Shown: piece by piece, positions 1 through 11,115 of the stretch
Layout of the letters: every line of letters begins with the position of its first letter
Position numbering within the stretch: the first letter of the stretch is position 1
Assembly (NCBI GenBank): GCA_049667545.1
Contig: JBATID010000458.1
Coordinates: 1-44,381 of the forward strand
Reading direction: 5' to 3'
Origin: Woeseiaceae bacterium
Lineage (GTDB): Bacteria; Pseudomonadota; Gammaproteobacteria; Steroidobacterales; Woeseiaceae
DNA: 44,381 bases
Notes under the pieces: generated by a model
Told to the model about the DNA's origin: nothing
Database searches by the model: none
What the model saw: only the letters and a program-made list of their open reading frames with translations
Position numbers and translations under genes: made by a program

Positions 1-397
1 CGATTTTGAGGTGTGGCCGCGACCGCGGCACCTGTACTTCCTGCTTGAGTTCGGGCGGCCGTACACGATCTGAATCGTGCGAGAAAATCATGCCCTGACC
101 GGTTTCTCGGGCGTAGATTCCCAGCACCGCACGCATCGGTGCCCAGACGTCGAACGGCACCCCGCCAAATCGCGCACGAAAACTCAGTGCGTCATTCGTC
201 AACTTAAGGTTATGCGCAGCCGACTCGCTGACATTGAGAATGATCTTGCCGTCTTTGATGTGCTCAACCGGCACATTGACGCCCGCGAACGAGGTGTCCA
301 CAACGATATGGGGCGTGTGGTTGCTGTCGAGCATCCACTCGTGCATCGCACGAATCAGGTAGGGTCGTTTTGATCGTCTTGACTTATCCACTGCCAT
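1..397 (-). CDS. sspB: Stringent starvation protein B (ClpXP adaptor); the 3' end runs off the left edge
   Basis: Absent from the ORF track because it has no stop in the window. Reading the reverse complement from the ATG at 397..395 gives MAVDKSRRSKRPYLIRAMHEWMLDSNHTPHIVVD...FRARFGGVPF...AVLGIYARETGQGMIF...RPHLKI. This is colinear with E. coli SspB, including the C-terminal ClpX-binding-like tail. It lies directly downstream of sspA. Confidence 0.9.
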   Translation of the reverse strand, partial: MAVDKSRRSKRPYLIRAMHEWMLDSNHTPHIVVDTSFAGVNVPVEHIKDGKIILNVSESAAHNLKLTNDALSFRARFGGVPFDVWAPMRAVLGIYARETGQGMIFSHDSDRVRPPELKQEVQVPRSRPHLKI

Positions 398-498
398 TAT
401 TCTTATGTTGTCAATTGCCCCCATTTTAGCACCGTTTTCACCGCACGCTCTCGGCTAGTCAACATAAGGCAGCAATTTCGTTGCACGGGTCCGCCCGC

Positions 499-1128
499 CT
501 AGAGGCGCATCTCCTGCTCGAGCTCGGTCAGGCTCTGCTGGAAGGAACGGCGCGCAAACACGCGATTCATATAGGCCTCTATCGGCTCTGCGTCCGCGCC
601 AAGATCGATGCCGTATGCCGGCAGTCGCCACAGCAAAGGCGCTATCGTGCAGTCAACCAGCGAGAATTCCTCGCTGAGGAAGTAAGGCCGTGCAGCAAAT
701 ATTTCTGTGCTCTGCAAAATACTCTCGCGCAACAGCTTGCGAGGGCGCGTCGCGAGCTTGCTGTCACCGCTTGCCTCCGCTTCTTCGGCAATCGAATACC
801 AGTCCTTTTCTATCCGGAACAAAGCAAGGCGAAATTGCGCCCGCGTGACCGGGTCCACCGGCATCAGCGGCGGATGGGGAAAACGCTCATCCAGGTACTC
901 AACGATGACGCGCGAATCGTACAAAGTCAGATCGCGGTCGATTAGCGTCGGCACGGTGTGGTAAGGATTAAGATCCATCAGGTCTTCCGGCAAATCCGGA
1001 CCCGCAACGTTCGAAATCTCAATGCTGATATTCTTCTCTGCCAGAACCACGCGCGTACGATGACTGTGAATATCAGTCGGACGTGAGAACAAGGTCATTA
1101 CAGAGCGTCTGTTGGCTACTACTGCCAT
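499..1128 (-). CDS. sspA: Stringent starvation protein A (GST-fold, RNA polymerase-associated)
   Basis: The 209-aa product begins MAVVANRRSVMTLFSRPTDIHSHRTRVVLAEK. It continues ...YLDERFPHPPLMP...YFLSEEFSLVDCTIAPLLWRL. It is nearly colinear with E. coli SspA (MAVAANKRSVMTLFSGPTDIYSH...). Confidence 0.95.
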   Translation of the reverse strand: MAVVANRRSVMTLFSRPTDIHSHRTRVVLAEKNISIEISNVAGPDLPEDLMDLNPYHTVPTLIDRDLTLYDSRVIVEYLDERFPHPPLMPVDPVTRAQFRLALFRIEKDWYSIAEEAEASGDSKLATRPRKLLRESILQSTEIFAARPYFLSEEFSLVDCTIAPLLWRLPAYGIDLGADAEPIEAYMNRVFARRSFQQSLTELEQEMRL

Positions 1129-1880
1129 TATTTTACGTCCTTCCAGATTTGTTTTTTGAGCATCAATGCGACGATGAAGAAAAACACGAGGAACATCAGC
1201 ACCCAGACGCCCAGCGTGCGGCGATCAGAGCGTATCGGTTCAGAGATGTAGGCGAGAAAATTAACGGTGTCACGGACGAAGTCGTCGTATTGCTCGGCGT
1301 CCATCGTACCCGCACTTAGCAACTCGAAACCTTCGAAGGACGTCGTCACGGAACCGTCGGCGTTGTCGTGGGTCGAGAAATTCGCGGCCTGATAACCCTG
1401 CAGCTCCCACAGCACATGCGGCATTGCCGTGCCGGCCAGCACCAGGTTATTGACGCCTGTCGGGCTGTCGGGCGAGACATAAAAACCCTTCAGGAAACCG
1501 TAGACATAGTCGACACCCCTGGCGCGGGCAATCAGCGACATGTCCGGCGGTGCCACGCCGTACCAGCGCCTGGCGTCTTCGGCTGACATGCTCGTCTTGA
1601 TCGTCTCATAAGTCTTTTCGGCATTGAACATCAGGTTGTCGGTCAGCTGCTCGTCGGACAAACCGAGGTGTTTGCCGATGGTCGAATACCGCACGTATTG
1701 CGCCGAGTGGCAGCCAGAGCAGTAGTTCATGAAGTTACGCGCGCCACGCTGCAGCGAGGCCACGTTGTCGTGATCGATATTGGCCGATTCAAGGTGGACC
1801 TTGCCCGCGGCCATGCTCTGCGTGGACAATAGACACGCGGCCAGTGCCATCAATGTAGCAAACTTCCTGAACTTACCCAT
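1128..1880 (-). CDS. petC: Ubiquinol-cytochrome c reductase, cytochrome c1 subunit
   Basis: The 250-aa product has a signal peptide, a CSGCHS haem-binding motif and a C-terminal TM anchor. It is the last gene of a Rieske / cyt b / cyt c1 run. Confidence 0.9.
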   Translation of the reverse strand: MGKFRKFATLMALAACLLSTQSMAAGKVHLESANIDHDNVASLQRGARNFMNYCSGCHSAQYVRYSTIGKHLGLSDEQLTDNLMFNAEKTYETIKTSMSAEDARRWYGVAPPDMSLIARARGVDYVYGFLKGFYVSPDSPTGVNNLVLAGTAMPHVLWELQGYQAANFSTHDNADGSVTTSFEGFELLSAGTMDAEQYDDFVRDTVNFLAYISEPIRSDRRTLGVWVLMFLVFFFIVALMLKKQIWKDVK

Positions 1881-3123
1881 GGTAGACCACCCTGTCCGGC
1901 ACCGGCTTCGTCTTGTCTGCGGCTGTATAGAAAGGCATCAGCAGGAAGAACGCGAAATAGAGCACTGCAAAAACTCGCGCCATTAACACATAGGTTCCTG
2001 TCGCAGGCTGTAATCCAAGCCATCCCAGCATAATGAACGTGACGACAAAAATGCTCAATGCGGTCTTGTACATCCAGCCCCGATAACGAATCGACCTGAC
2101 ACGAGAGCGATCAAGCCACGGCAGGAAAACCGGTAGCAGCACGGAGAGCCCGAACAGTATGAAACCCCACAACTTGTCGGGGACCGCACGCAAGATTGCA
2201 TAGTACGGTGTGTAATACCAAACCGGCGCGATATGCTCCGGCGTGGCCGTCAGATTCGCGGGTTCAAAGTTCGCGTGCTCCAGAAACATGCCGCCCATAT
2301 CCGGCGCAAAGAACACGACCGCACTGAAGATCATCAGAAATACGATGATGCCGACCAGGTCCTTGCTCGTGTGATACGGGTGGAATGCGATGCCATCAAG
2401 GGGCTTGCCGTTAGCGTCCTTGTTCTTCTTTATCTCGATGCCGTCCGGGTTGTTCGAACCCACTTCGTGCAGTGCCACAATGTGAACAAACACGAGGGCG
2501 ATCAGTACCAGCGGCAAGACGATGACATGCAGTGCGAAAAACCGATTCAGCGTGATGTCGGAAATCGAGTAATCGCCGCGAATGATCTCGACGAGCGCAT
2601 CACCGACCACCGGAATCGCACCGAACAGGGAGATAATTACCTGCGCGCCCCAATAGGACATTTGTCCCCACGGCAGCAGGTAGCCTGCAAACCCTTCTGC
2701 CATCAACACCAGGAAGATCAGCATGCCAATGAGCCAGATCAACTCGCGCGGCTTCTTGTAGGAGCCGTAGAGCATCGCGCGGAACATGTGCAGGTAAACA
2801 ACGATGAAGAAAAACGACGCGCCGGTCGAATGCATATAGCGAATCAGCCAGCCCCACTCGACATCGCGCATGATGTATTCAACAGAGGCGAATGCGTCGG
2901 CTGCCGCGGGCTTGTAATTCATCGTGAGGAAGATGCCGGTCAGCAACTGGATGGCCAACACAACGAATGCGAGGACGCCGAATATGTACCACCAGTTGAA
3001 GTTTTTCGACGCGTAGTACTCAGTCACGTGATACTTCAACGTCGCCGTCAACGGGAAACGATCGTCGATCCACTGTATCAACCCGCCCTGTGGCTTACCG
3101 ACTTCTGCTTCGATTCTCGCCAT
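1873..3123 (-). CDS. petB: Ubiquinol-cytochrome c reductase, cytochrome b subunit
   Basis: The 416-aa polytopic membrane protein carries typical cyt b segments (WWYIFG, RYMHSTGASFFF, PEWYF-like VWYYTPYY). It overlaps petC by 8 nt and petA by 1 nt. Confidence 0.95.
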   Translation of the reverse strand: MARIEAEVGKPQGGLIQWIDDRFPLTATLKYHVTEYYASKNFNWWYIFGVLAFVVLAIQLLTGIFLTMNYKPAAADAFASVEYIMRDVEWGWLIRYMHSTGASFFFIVVYLHMFRAMLYGSYKKPRELIWLIGMLIFLVLMAEGFAGYLLPWGQMSYWGAQVIISLFGAIPVVGDALVEIIRGDYSISDITLNRFFALHVIVLPLVLIALVFVHIVALHEVGSNNPDGIEIKKNKDANGKPLDGIAFHPYHTSKDLVGIIVFLMIFSAVVFFAPDMGGMFLEHANFEPANLTATPEHIAPVWYYTPYYAILRAVPDKLWGFILFGLSVLLPVFLPWLDRSRVRSIRYRGWMYKTALSIFVVTFIMLGWLGLQPATGTYVLMARVFAVLYFAFFLLMPFYTAADKTKPVPDRVVYHG

Positions 3124-3710
3124 TATGCTGCTCCTGAATCCTGGCCGATCAGAATCAGGTCGGCCCTGACAAATCGGTGTGGCGGAACCCGCAGGTTAGT
3201 CGGTGCAGGAACACCTTTGTAAACACGGCCTGCGAGGTCAAATTTTGAGCCGTGGCATGGGCAGAAGAAGCCGCCTTCCCAACCCTCTGCCGGGCGCACG
3301 TCGAAATCCTCGAGGGGCGCACACCCGAGGTGCGTACACGAGCCTTCGACGACGAGATATTCCGGCTTGACGGAGCGCGTGGCGTTTGCCGCGTATTCGG
3401 GCTGCTGCTCAACGACCTTGGAGTCCGGATCTCTAAGCTCATCGACTACTTCCGGCAGGCGCGCCAGCATCTCTGACGTACGGCGCAGCACAAAGACCAG
3501 CTTGCCGCGCCAGAGAACACGCACCATCTCACCGGGCTGCAGCGAACTGATGGGCACCTCGACCGGCGCGCCGAGAGCCTGCGCGCGGGCGCTGGGTTTC
3601 AATGAAGAAAGAAAAGGTATTGCCACCATACCGGCGCCTGCGGCACCGGTAACAAGGGTTGCAACGGTAAGAAAATGACGCCTGTTGCTATCAAGGTCGT
3701 CTTCGGTCAT
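3123..3710 (-). CDS. petA: Ubiquinol-cytochrome c reductase, Rieske 2Fe-2S subunit
   Basis: The 195-aa product has a Tat-like N-terminus (RRHFLTVAT) and the Rieske boxes CTHLGC and CPCHGS. Confidence 0.95.
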   Translation of the reverse strand: MTEDDLDSNRRHFLTVATLVTGAAGAGMVAIPFLSSLKPSARAQALGAPVEVPISSLQPGEMVRVLWRGKLVFVLRRTSEMLARLPEVVDELRDPDSKVVEQQPEYAANATRSVKPEYLVVEGSCTHLGCAPLEDFDVRPAEGWEGGFFCPCHGSKFDLAGRVYKGVPAPTNLRVPPHRFVRADLILIGQDSGAA

Positions 3711-3770
3711 CAGGCACTCCCATACGCCGTTCTTCTGACGGCCGCTTCTGTAGCGAGTTTTTGCTTTTTA

Positions 3771-3786
3771 TGAAACCGTTGTTTCA
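3771..3786. promoter_or_regulatory. Candidate operator: 6-4-6 inverted repeat upstream of petA
   Basis: TGAAAC-cgtt-GTTTCA lies in an AT-rich tract 61-76 nt upstream of the petA start codon, in the petA/degS divergent region. Confidence 0.25.
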
Positions 3787-3893
3787 AAAATATTAGATTT
3801 GCAGCAGGCCCGGTTTGCCGTCAGGATGACAGGTGCCCCGGAGCTAGGTGCGTAACCGCCGCATTATACACGGGGCTTGTCGAAATTGGCTAG

Positions 3894-4994
3894 GTGCTAA
3901 ACAGGATTACCGGACACCACGTGGCGAATTTGAGGTCAGCGCTCGTTTTTTTTATGCAATCGATCGTCGTGGGTCTGGCAGTCGCTTTCCTCGTTGTATT
4001 GCTGCGCCCGGACCTGATGCCCGGCATGTCAGGTGCCGCCAACCAGCCAGCCAGCTTCGCTGATGCCGTGGACCGCAGCGCCGGCTCAGTGGCCAATATT
4101 TATACCAAGCGCCTCGTGCAGGACGACGATGCACCGAGCGACCGGCCCCGTTTTCGCGTTGATACGAGCTTTGCTTCGGCCGTCCTCATCGATTCTACGG
4201 GTCTGCTCGTCACGAATTACCACGTAATTGCCGACGCCACCGAAATTCGCGTACAGCTCGGTGACGGCCGTATCATCGAGCCGGAAATTATCGGGGTCGA
4301 TGCCGAAACCGACCTCGCGCTCCTGCGCGTGGAGGCCGGCGAGCTGACGGCAATCAGCATGGGCAATTCCTCGCAACTGCGCATTGGCGACATCGTGCTC
4401 GCCATTGGTAATCCCTATGGCCTGACGACGTCGGTCACCCAGGGCATCGTCAGTGCCACCGGGCGCGGCCTCCTGAACCTGGTGACGTTCGAGAATTTCA
4501 TTCAGACGGATGCAGCCATTAATGCCGGCAATTCCGGTGGCGCACTGGTGAACAGCCGTGGGGAGCTCGTGGGGATCAATACGGCGGTGCTGGCACAGGA
4601 TCCGGGGACCGAGGGCATCGGTTTCGCCATACCCGTTGATCTCGTGCGCGGCGTCGTCGAGCAGATCAAACAACACGGTCGCGTCATTCGCGGCTACATG
4701 GGGCTGGTCCCCGACGACCTGACGAGCGCCGAGCGGGATGCGCTGGGCATCGAAGGTGATGCCGGCATCCTGCTGGCCGAGGTTTATCCCGACGGGCCGG
4801 CCGCCGCCGCGGACCTGCGGCGGGGAGACGTCATTCTGGAAATGAACGGCGAGCCGGTGTATTCGCAGCGCCAGGCGCTGCTGATATCGGCCAGCACCTT
4901 ACCTGGCAATGCGGTCGCAGTGACCGGCATGCGCGCCGGGCAGCGTTTTGCGACGACGGTCACGGCCGGCGAGCGGCCGGAGGAGCCGCGTTAG
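3894..4994 (+). CDS. degS: Periplasmic serine endoprotease of the DegS/AlgW type (trypsin-like domain plus one PDZ domain)
   Basis: It has an N-terminal TM helix and the motifs TNYHV, TDLALL, GNPYGL..TQGIVSA and TDAAINAGNSGGALV, followed by a single PDZ domain. It is colinear with E. coli DegS. The start is uncertain: GTG 3894, GTG 3921, TTG 3930 and ATG 3954 are all possible. Confidence 0.85.
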   Translation: MLNRITGHHVANLRSALVFFMQSIVVGLAVAFLVVLLRPDLMPGMSGAANQPASFADAVDRSAGSVANIYTKRLVQDDDAPSDRPRFRVDTSFASAVLIDSTGLLVTNYHVIADATEIRVQLGDGRIIEPEIIGVDAETDLALLRVEAGELTAISMGNSSQLRIGDIVLAIGNPYGLTTSVTQGIVSATGRGLLNLVTFENFIQTDAAINAGNSGGALVNSRGELVGINTAVLAQDPGTEGIGFAIPVDLVRGVVEQIKQHGRVIRGYMGLVPDDLTSAERDALGIEGDAGILLAEVYPDGPAAAADLRRGDVILEMNGEPVYSQRQALLISASTLPGNAVAVTGMRAGQRFATTVTAGERPEEPR

Positions 4995-5000
4995 GCTCGG

Positions 5001-6510
<1,510 letters not shown>

Positions 6511-6635
6511 ATGGGTATTTGACTTAAGACTAAAGTTAGCGGGGTGGCGCAGTGTACCCGTAATCGTCACAGGCGCCCATTGTCTGGCTTAAGATTGTGT
6601 ATTATCGGCCGTCATCCATTTACAACGACGACCCC

Positions 6636-7601
6636 ATGTTTGGCAACATAATGTTAGTCATCGCCGGCCTTGCCCTGCTGACCTGGGGAGCCGACCGGTT
6701 TGTGCACGGTGCCGCGTCTGCTGCGCGCAATCTGGGCGTCGCGCCGGTGCTGATCGGGCTCACGATCGTCGCCTTTGCGACATCTGCGCCCGAGATTCTG
6801 GTGTCGATTGTCGCGTCTTCCCAGCACCAGCCTGGACTCGCGTTCGGCAACGCCATCGGCTCGAACATTGTCAACATTGGCCTGGTCCTTGGATTAACAG
6901 CACTTATCCGGCCAATCAAGATTGAGTCAGCGACGCTGCGCCGCGAAATGCCCGCGCTGCTGGCCGTTACCCTGCTGACCGTATCGCTGTTTCTTGACAG
7001 CTTCCTGAGCCGCATCGACGGTATCGTGATGCTGACCGGACTGGTGATCGTTATGATCTGGCTGGTCCGCCTCGGTCTGCGCTCCGCGGCCAATGACCCG
7101 ATCAAGATGGATTATGAGGCGGAAATCCCCACGGACGTAAGGATGGCAGTGGCTGTGACCTGGCTGATCGTCGGGCTGGGTGCGCTGCTGATCGGCGCTG
7201 AACTGCTGGTCAACGGGGCGGTAGGCATCGCGAGGCTGCTCGATATCAGCGATGTCGTTATCGGCATTATTGTCGTCGCATTCGGCACCAGCCTGCCGGA
7301 ACTTGCGGTGTCGCTCGCGAGCGCGCTAAAGGGCGAGTACGGCCTGGCCATCGGGAATATCGTTGGCTCGAATATTTTCAACCTGCTCGCCGTGATCGGC
7401 ATCGCGGCGACCATCGCGCCCTCGCCTTTGCCACCATCGGTGCTGTCTTTGCATATCTTCGTCATGGTCGCGTTCACCCTGGTCCTGTTCGCCATGACGT
7501 ATGATTACGATGGCGGGTCACAGCTGTCGAGGCTCGAGGGTCTGGCACTACTCATCGCCTACCTTGTCTACGACTCCTACGTTGTTGCGCAAAACATATA
7601 G
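6636..7601 (+). CDS. yrbG: CaCA-family Na+/Ca2+ antiporter (YrbG-like)
   Basis: The polytopic protein has two alpha-repeat motifs: GNAIGSNIVNIGLVLG and GNIVGSNIFNLLAVIG. It sits upstream of kdsD, as in E. coli. The start could be 6597, 6636 or 6651. Confidence 0.85.
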   Translation: MFGNIMLVIAGLALLTWGADRFVHGAASAARNLGVAPVLIGLTIVAFATSAPEILVSIVASSQHQPGLAFGNAIGSNIVNIGLVLGLTALIRPIKIESATLRREMPALLAVTLLTVSLFLDSFLSRIDGIVMLTGLVIVMIWLVRLGLRSAANDPIKMDYEAEIPTDVRMAVAVTWLIVGLGALLIGAELLVNGAVGIARLLDISDVVIGIIVVAFGTSLPELAVSLASALKGEYGLAIGNIVGSNIFNLLAVIGIAATIAPSPLPPSVLSLHIFVMVAFTLVLFAMTYDYDGGSQLSRLEGLALLIAYLVYDSYVVAQNI

Positions 7602-7632
7602 AATGTAGGCCCGACTTTCGCTGAGGCCCCTC

Positions 7633-8613
7633 TTGGCTAACAAGCTGACAAAAGACGAACTGCTGGCGCTCGCCGCTGACGTGCTGGATATCGAGTCTCG
7701 CGCCATAGCGAGCCTGAAGGTGCGTCTCAACGACGACTTCGTGGCGGCTTGCGAGCTCTGCATGCAAACGCCCGGGCGCGTTGTCGTGACGGGCATGGGA
7801 AAATCCGGCCATGTCAGCAACAAGATTGCCGCCACGCTCGCGTCCACCGGCACTCCTGCTTTCTTCATGCACCCGGCGGAAGCCAGCCACGGCGATCTTG
7901 GCATGATTACAAGCCAGGACCTGTTGCTCGCCGTATCCCTGTCGGGAGAAACGCGCGAAGTTGTCACTATTTTGCCTGTCGTGAAACGCATGGGCGCGAA
8001 ACTGCTGGCAATGACGGGCAACCCGAACTCAACGATTGCGCAATTGGCCGACGTGCACCTGGACATTAGCGTTGCTGAAGAAGCTTGCCCGCTGAACCTC
8101 GCACCGACCGCAAGCACGACGGCCACGCTCGCGATGGGCGATGCGCTGGCTGTTGCCCTGTTGAAGAATCGCGGCTTTACCGCTGAAGACTTTGCACGAT
8201 CACATCCGAGTGGCAGCCTTGGCAAGCGCTTGTTACTTCGCGTATCCGACGTCATGCGCACCGGTGAACGCGTGCCGGCGGTCAGCGCTGATGTGACTCT
8301 GCGTGATGCATTACTGGAGATGACGGACAAGGGCCTTGGCATGACTGCGATCGTCAACTCGGACAATGAGATTCTCGGTATTTTTACTGATGGTGATCTT
8401 CGTCGCACGCTGGATGCCGGCGCCGATATCCGCACGACAAAAATTCGCGAGGTGATGCAGTCGCACTGTAAAACCACGTCGGCTGACGTGCTCGCCGCGG
8501 AAGCGCTGCATATCCTGGAAGAAAACAAGATCACGTCGTTACTGGTTGCCGCGGACAAGCAGCTGGTAGGGGCCCTGAATATTCACGACCTGTTTCGCGA
8601 GGGCCTGATGTGA
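7633..8613 (+). CDS. kdsD: Arabinose-5-phosphate isomerase (SIS domain plus tandem CBS domains)
   Basis: The motifs VVVTGMGKSGHV..ATLASTGTPAFFMHPAEASHGDLGM are present, followed by a C-terminal CBS pair. It uses a TTG start. Confidence 0.93.
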   Translation: MANKLTKDELLALAADVLDIESRAIASLKVRLNDDFVAACELCMQTPGRVVVTGMGKSGHVSNKIAATLASTGTPAFFMHPAEASHGDLGMITSQDLLLAVSLSGETREVVTILPVVKRMGAKLLAMTGNPNSTIAQLADVHLDISVAEEACPLNLAPTASTTATLAMGDALAVALLKNRGFTAEDFARSHPSGSLGKRLLLRVSDVMRTGERVPAVSADVTLRDALLEMTDKGLGMTAIVNSDNEILGIFTDGDLRRTLDAGADIRTTKIREVMQSHCKTTSADVLAAEALHILEENKITSLLVAADKQLVGALNIHDLFREGLM

Positions 8614-9104
8614 GCCTCGAAAAACTGCCCGGCGTTCGCCTCATCGCTTTCGACGTCGACGGCGTCTTCACCGACGGTCGTTTCTATCTCTCTGACGAAG
8701 GCGTGGAAAGTAAAGCCTTCCATACGCAGGATGGCTACGGCATTCGACAACTGATCACTGCCGGCATCAGCGTCGCCGTGATCAGCGGACGACGCTCCGG
8801 AGCGGTTGAACGACGCATGCAGGAACTTGGCGTGCCTTACATTGTGCAAGGCTGCAAAGACAAGGTTGCAGCGCTTGATGCAATTCTTGCGGAGCTTGGC
8901 ATCACGCCTGATGAGTGCGCGTACGTTGGCGACGATGTGCCGGACCTGCCGTTGTTGCGGCACGTCGGCGTGTCAATTGCCGTCGCCAACGCGGTTGCGA
9001 CCGTGCGTATGCAGTGCGATTACCTCACCACGGCCAGCGGCGGTGCCGGCGCCGTGCGTGAGGCCTGCGAACTGCTGTTATCAACACAGGGCATCAGCGA
9101 TTGA
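8610..9104 (+). CDS. kdsC: KDO-8-phosphate phosphatase (HAD superfamily)
   Basis: The HAD motifs FDVDGVFTDG and YVGDDVPDLPLL are present. The start overlaps the kdsD stop in a GTGA arrangement. Confidence 0.9.
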   Translation: MSLEKLPGVRLIAFDVDGVFTDGRFYLSDEGVESKAFHTQDGYGIRQLITAGISVAVISGRRSGAVERRMQELGVPYIVQGCKDKVAALDAILAELGITPDECAYVGDDVPDLPLLRHVGVSIAVANAVATVRMQCDYLTTASGGAGAVREACELLLSTQGISD

Positions 9105-9661
9105 TCAGCTCCCGCACAATTGTTCTACTAGTGATCCTCGGCGCCGCGGCGATCGGCAGCTGGTATTTGGGACGCAATGATCGCGCCGGCGAAACCAGTG
9201 AGTTGCCCTACGAAAATGTGCACCGCGGCTATTATTTGAAGTCGGCGCGCATCTTAGGCACTGCAGATAACGGTACCCTGCTGTACGCGATCGAGGCTGA
9301 CCATGCCGAGCAGCGAGCCGATCGACGGATAGACTTTACAGAGGTCAGGATTCGCTACTCGCCGGACAGCAACGTCCCGTGGACGGTCAACGCGGACGCC
9401 GCCACGCTGAGTGAAGGCAGTCCTCGCATCGTTTTGCGCGGGCACGTGCGCGCAACCAGCAGCGGACCCGTAGACCAGGACGAGACAGAGATTCGCACGC
9501 AGTACCTGGAGCTCGACCCTGAACGCTTTGTCGCCGAAACCGACGAACGCGTGCAAATTCGTATCGGCGCGCGCAGCCTTACGGCGACGGGCATGCTAGC
9601 ATCGTTGCGCGACAACAAAATTGAACTTAAATCCAATATTCGCGGCAAGATCGCCCCTTAG
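9101..9661 (+). CDS. lptC: LPS export system protein LptC
   Basis: The 186-aa protein has an N-terminal TM anchor and sits in the conserved position between kdsC and lptA. The start overlaps the kdsC stop in a TTGA arrangement. Confidence 0.8.
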   Translation: MISSRTIVLLVILGAAAIGSWYLGRNDRAGETSELPYENVHRGYYLKSARILGTADNGTLLYAIEADHAEQRADRRIDFTEVRIRYSPDSNVPWTVNADAATLSEGSPRIVLRGHVRATSSGPVDQDETEIRTQYLELDPERFVAETDERVQIRIGARSLTATGMLASLRDNKIELKSNIRGKIAP

Positions 9662-9662
9662 A

Positions 9663-10331
9663 ATGACCACGACACGCCACATTCACTTGCTGTACCCGCT
9701 GCTCCTGCTGGCACTGTGGCCGTGCGCGGCCACGGCCCAGGTTGAGGATCTCGACCTGCGGCTGCCCTGGGACATCGACGCCGAGTCCACGTCATTCGAT
9801 GGCAAGACGTCGATGATTATTTTTCGCGGCCTGCGTTTGTCGCAGGGCGGCATCAGCATCGAGGCCGATGAGGGTCGTGCCAGCAACACCGAGGGCGAAG
9901 ACGGATTCTGGAAATTCTCCGGCAACGTCATCATCGACGTGGATAACGGTCGCATCGAATGCGATACGGCCGATCTGCGCTTCGCCGAGTACCAGCTCAA
10001 GCAAGCGACAGTCACGGGCGCTCCGGCGACGTTTGAGCTAAAGCGGTCGGGGACCGATGACACGACCTATGCCGAAGCCGGCAGACTTTCGTATGACGTC
10101 GTGGCCGGCATCATCGAGTTTGCCGATGACGCAACGATCAATGAATCGGGCAATCGGATTTCGTCGAATTTTCTGGTCTACAACATCCGCGAGCAGCGCA
10201 TCGACGCGGACTCGTCGGGCAACGAGGACGGCCGCGTAAGAATCACCTACACGCCAACCAATGGTTCCCAGGTGCAGTCGGATGATTCGCCGCAAGCCGA
10301 AGATGGCGGGGACGTAAAAAAAGATCCATGA
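9663..10331 (+). CDS. lptA: LPS export periplasmic protein LptA
   Basis: It has a signal peptide ([17 protein letters not shown]) and an OstA-like beta-jellyroll sequence, and lies between lptC and lptB. I chose the internal ATG at 9663. Confidence 0.85.
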   Translation: MTTTRHIHLLYPLLLLALWPCAATAQVEDLDLRLPWDIDAESTSFDGKTSMIIFRGLRLSQGGISIEADEGRASNTEGEDGFWKFSGNVIIDVDNGRIECDTADLRFAEYQLKQATVTGAPATFELKRSGTDDTTYAEAGRLSYDVVAGIIEFADDATINESGNRISSNFLVYNIREQRIDADSSGNEDGRVRITYTPTNGSQVQSDDSPQAEDGGDVKKDP

Positions 10332-11053
10332 GCATATTAAGCGTCCAGAACATCTCCAAAAGCTACAAGCTGCGCAAGGTCGTCAAAGGAATTTCACTGC
10401 AGATCAAGAGCGGTGAAGTCGTTGGGCTGCTCGGTCCCAATGGCGCCGGTAAAACGACGGCGTTTTACATGATCGTCGGCCTGATCGTCGCGGACAGCGG
10501 CAAAATCCTGCTTGATGGCAAGGACCTGACTTCGCAGCCAATGCACCGGCGCGCCAAACTCGGCCTCGGGTATCTGCCGCAGGAAGCGTCAATTTTTCGC
10601 AAGCTGACGGTCGAGCAGAATATTCTTGCGATCCTTGAAAATCGCGATGACCTCGATCGTGCCGGTCGCGAGCGCGAACTGGAGAACCTCCTGGATGAGC
10701 TGCATGTCGGGCATGTGCGCGGCAGTCTCGGTATCAGCCTGTCCGGCGGGGAACGCCGTCGCGTGGAGATCGCCCGGGCACTGGCGGCCAGCCCGCTTTT
10801 CGTGCTGCTGGATGAGCCCTTCGCCGGCGTCGACCCGATCTCGGTACTCGATATCCAGCGCATTATCCGGCATCTGAGCGAACGCTCTATCGGCGTGTTG
10901 ATTACTGACCATAATGTGAGGGAAACCCTCGGAATCTGTGCTCGTGCCTATATACTCAGTGATGGAAGCCTCATTGCCGAGGGATCGCCGCAGGACATTC
11001 TCGAAAATCAGCACGTTCGAGAAGTCTATCTCGGACAGGAGTTCAAGCTCTGA
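10328..11053 (+). CDS. lptB: LPS export ABC transporter, ATP-binding protein LptB
   Basis: It carries Walker [10 protein letters not shown], the ABC signature [15 protein letters not shown] and Walker [12 protein letters not shown]. The start overlaps the lptA stop in an ATGA arrangement. Confidence 0.96.
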   Translation: MSILSVQNISKSYKLRKVVKGISLQIKSGEVVGLLGPNGAGKTTAFYMIVGLIVADSGKILLDGKDLTSQPMHRRAKLGLGYLPQEASIFRKLTVEQNILAILENRDDLDRAGRERELENLLDELHVGHVRGSLGISLSGGERRRVEIARALAASPLFVLLDEPFAGVDPISVLDIQRIIRHLSERSIGVLITDHNVRETLGICARAYILSDGSLIAEGSPQDILENQHVREVYLGQEFKL

Positions 11054-11115
11054 GGCATATTGAAGCCAATGGCACCTTGCGTGTGCCGAAAATGCCCATA
11101 GAGTAGTAGTCGTAC

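Noticed and set aside
77-373. A 98-aa plus-strand ORF at the left edge.
   Set aside because: It is antisense to the clearly recognisable sspB coding sequence.
382-390. TTATCCACT, a DnaA-box-like 9-mer at the sspB start.
   Set aside because: It is a single copy with one mismatch, lies partly inside coding sequence, and has no clustered boxes or AT-rich unwinding element nearby.
3941-3953. A T8 run inside the 5' end of the degS ORF, considered as a terminator or attenuator.
   Set aside because: No convincing stem precedes it. It encodes the VFF residues of the TM helix if translation starts upstream. Its main relevance is to the ambiguity of the degS start.
7548-8558. A 336-aa minus-strand ORF rich in Ser, Ala and Arg.
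   Set aside because: It is antisense to kdsD, which has clear SIS and CBS motifs. It has no recognisable motif and looks like a composition artefact.
11069-11086. TGGCAC...GC, a sigma-54 -24-like element just upstream of rpoN, which would suggest autoregulation.
   Set aside because: After TGGCAC, the GC dinucleotides fall at +10/11 and +16/17 rather than the +14/15 required by TGGCAC-N5-TTGC. The sequence is better read as a small ggcac/gtgcc hairpin. A second TGGCACG at about 16294 lies inside the patatin gene on the antisense strand and has its GC off by one.
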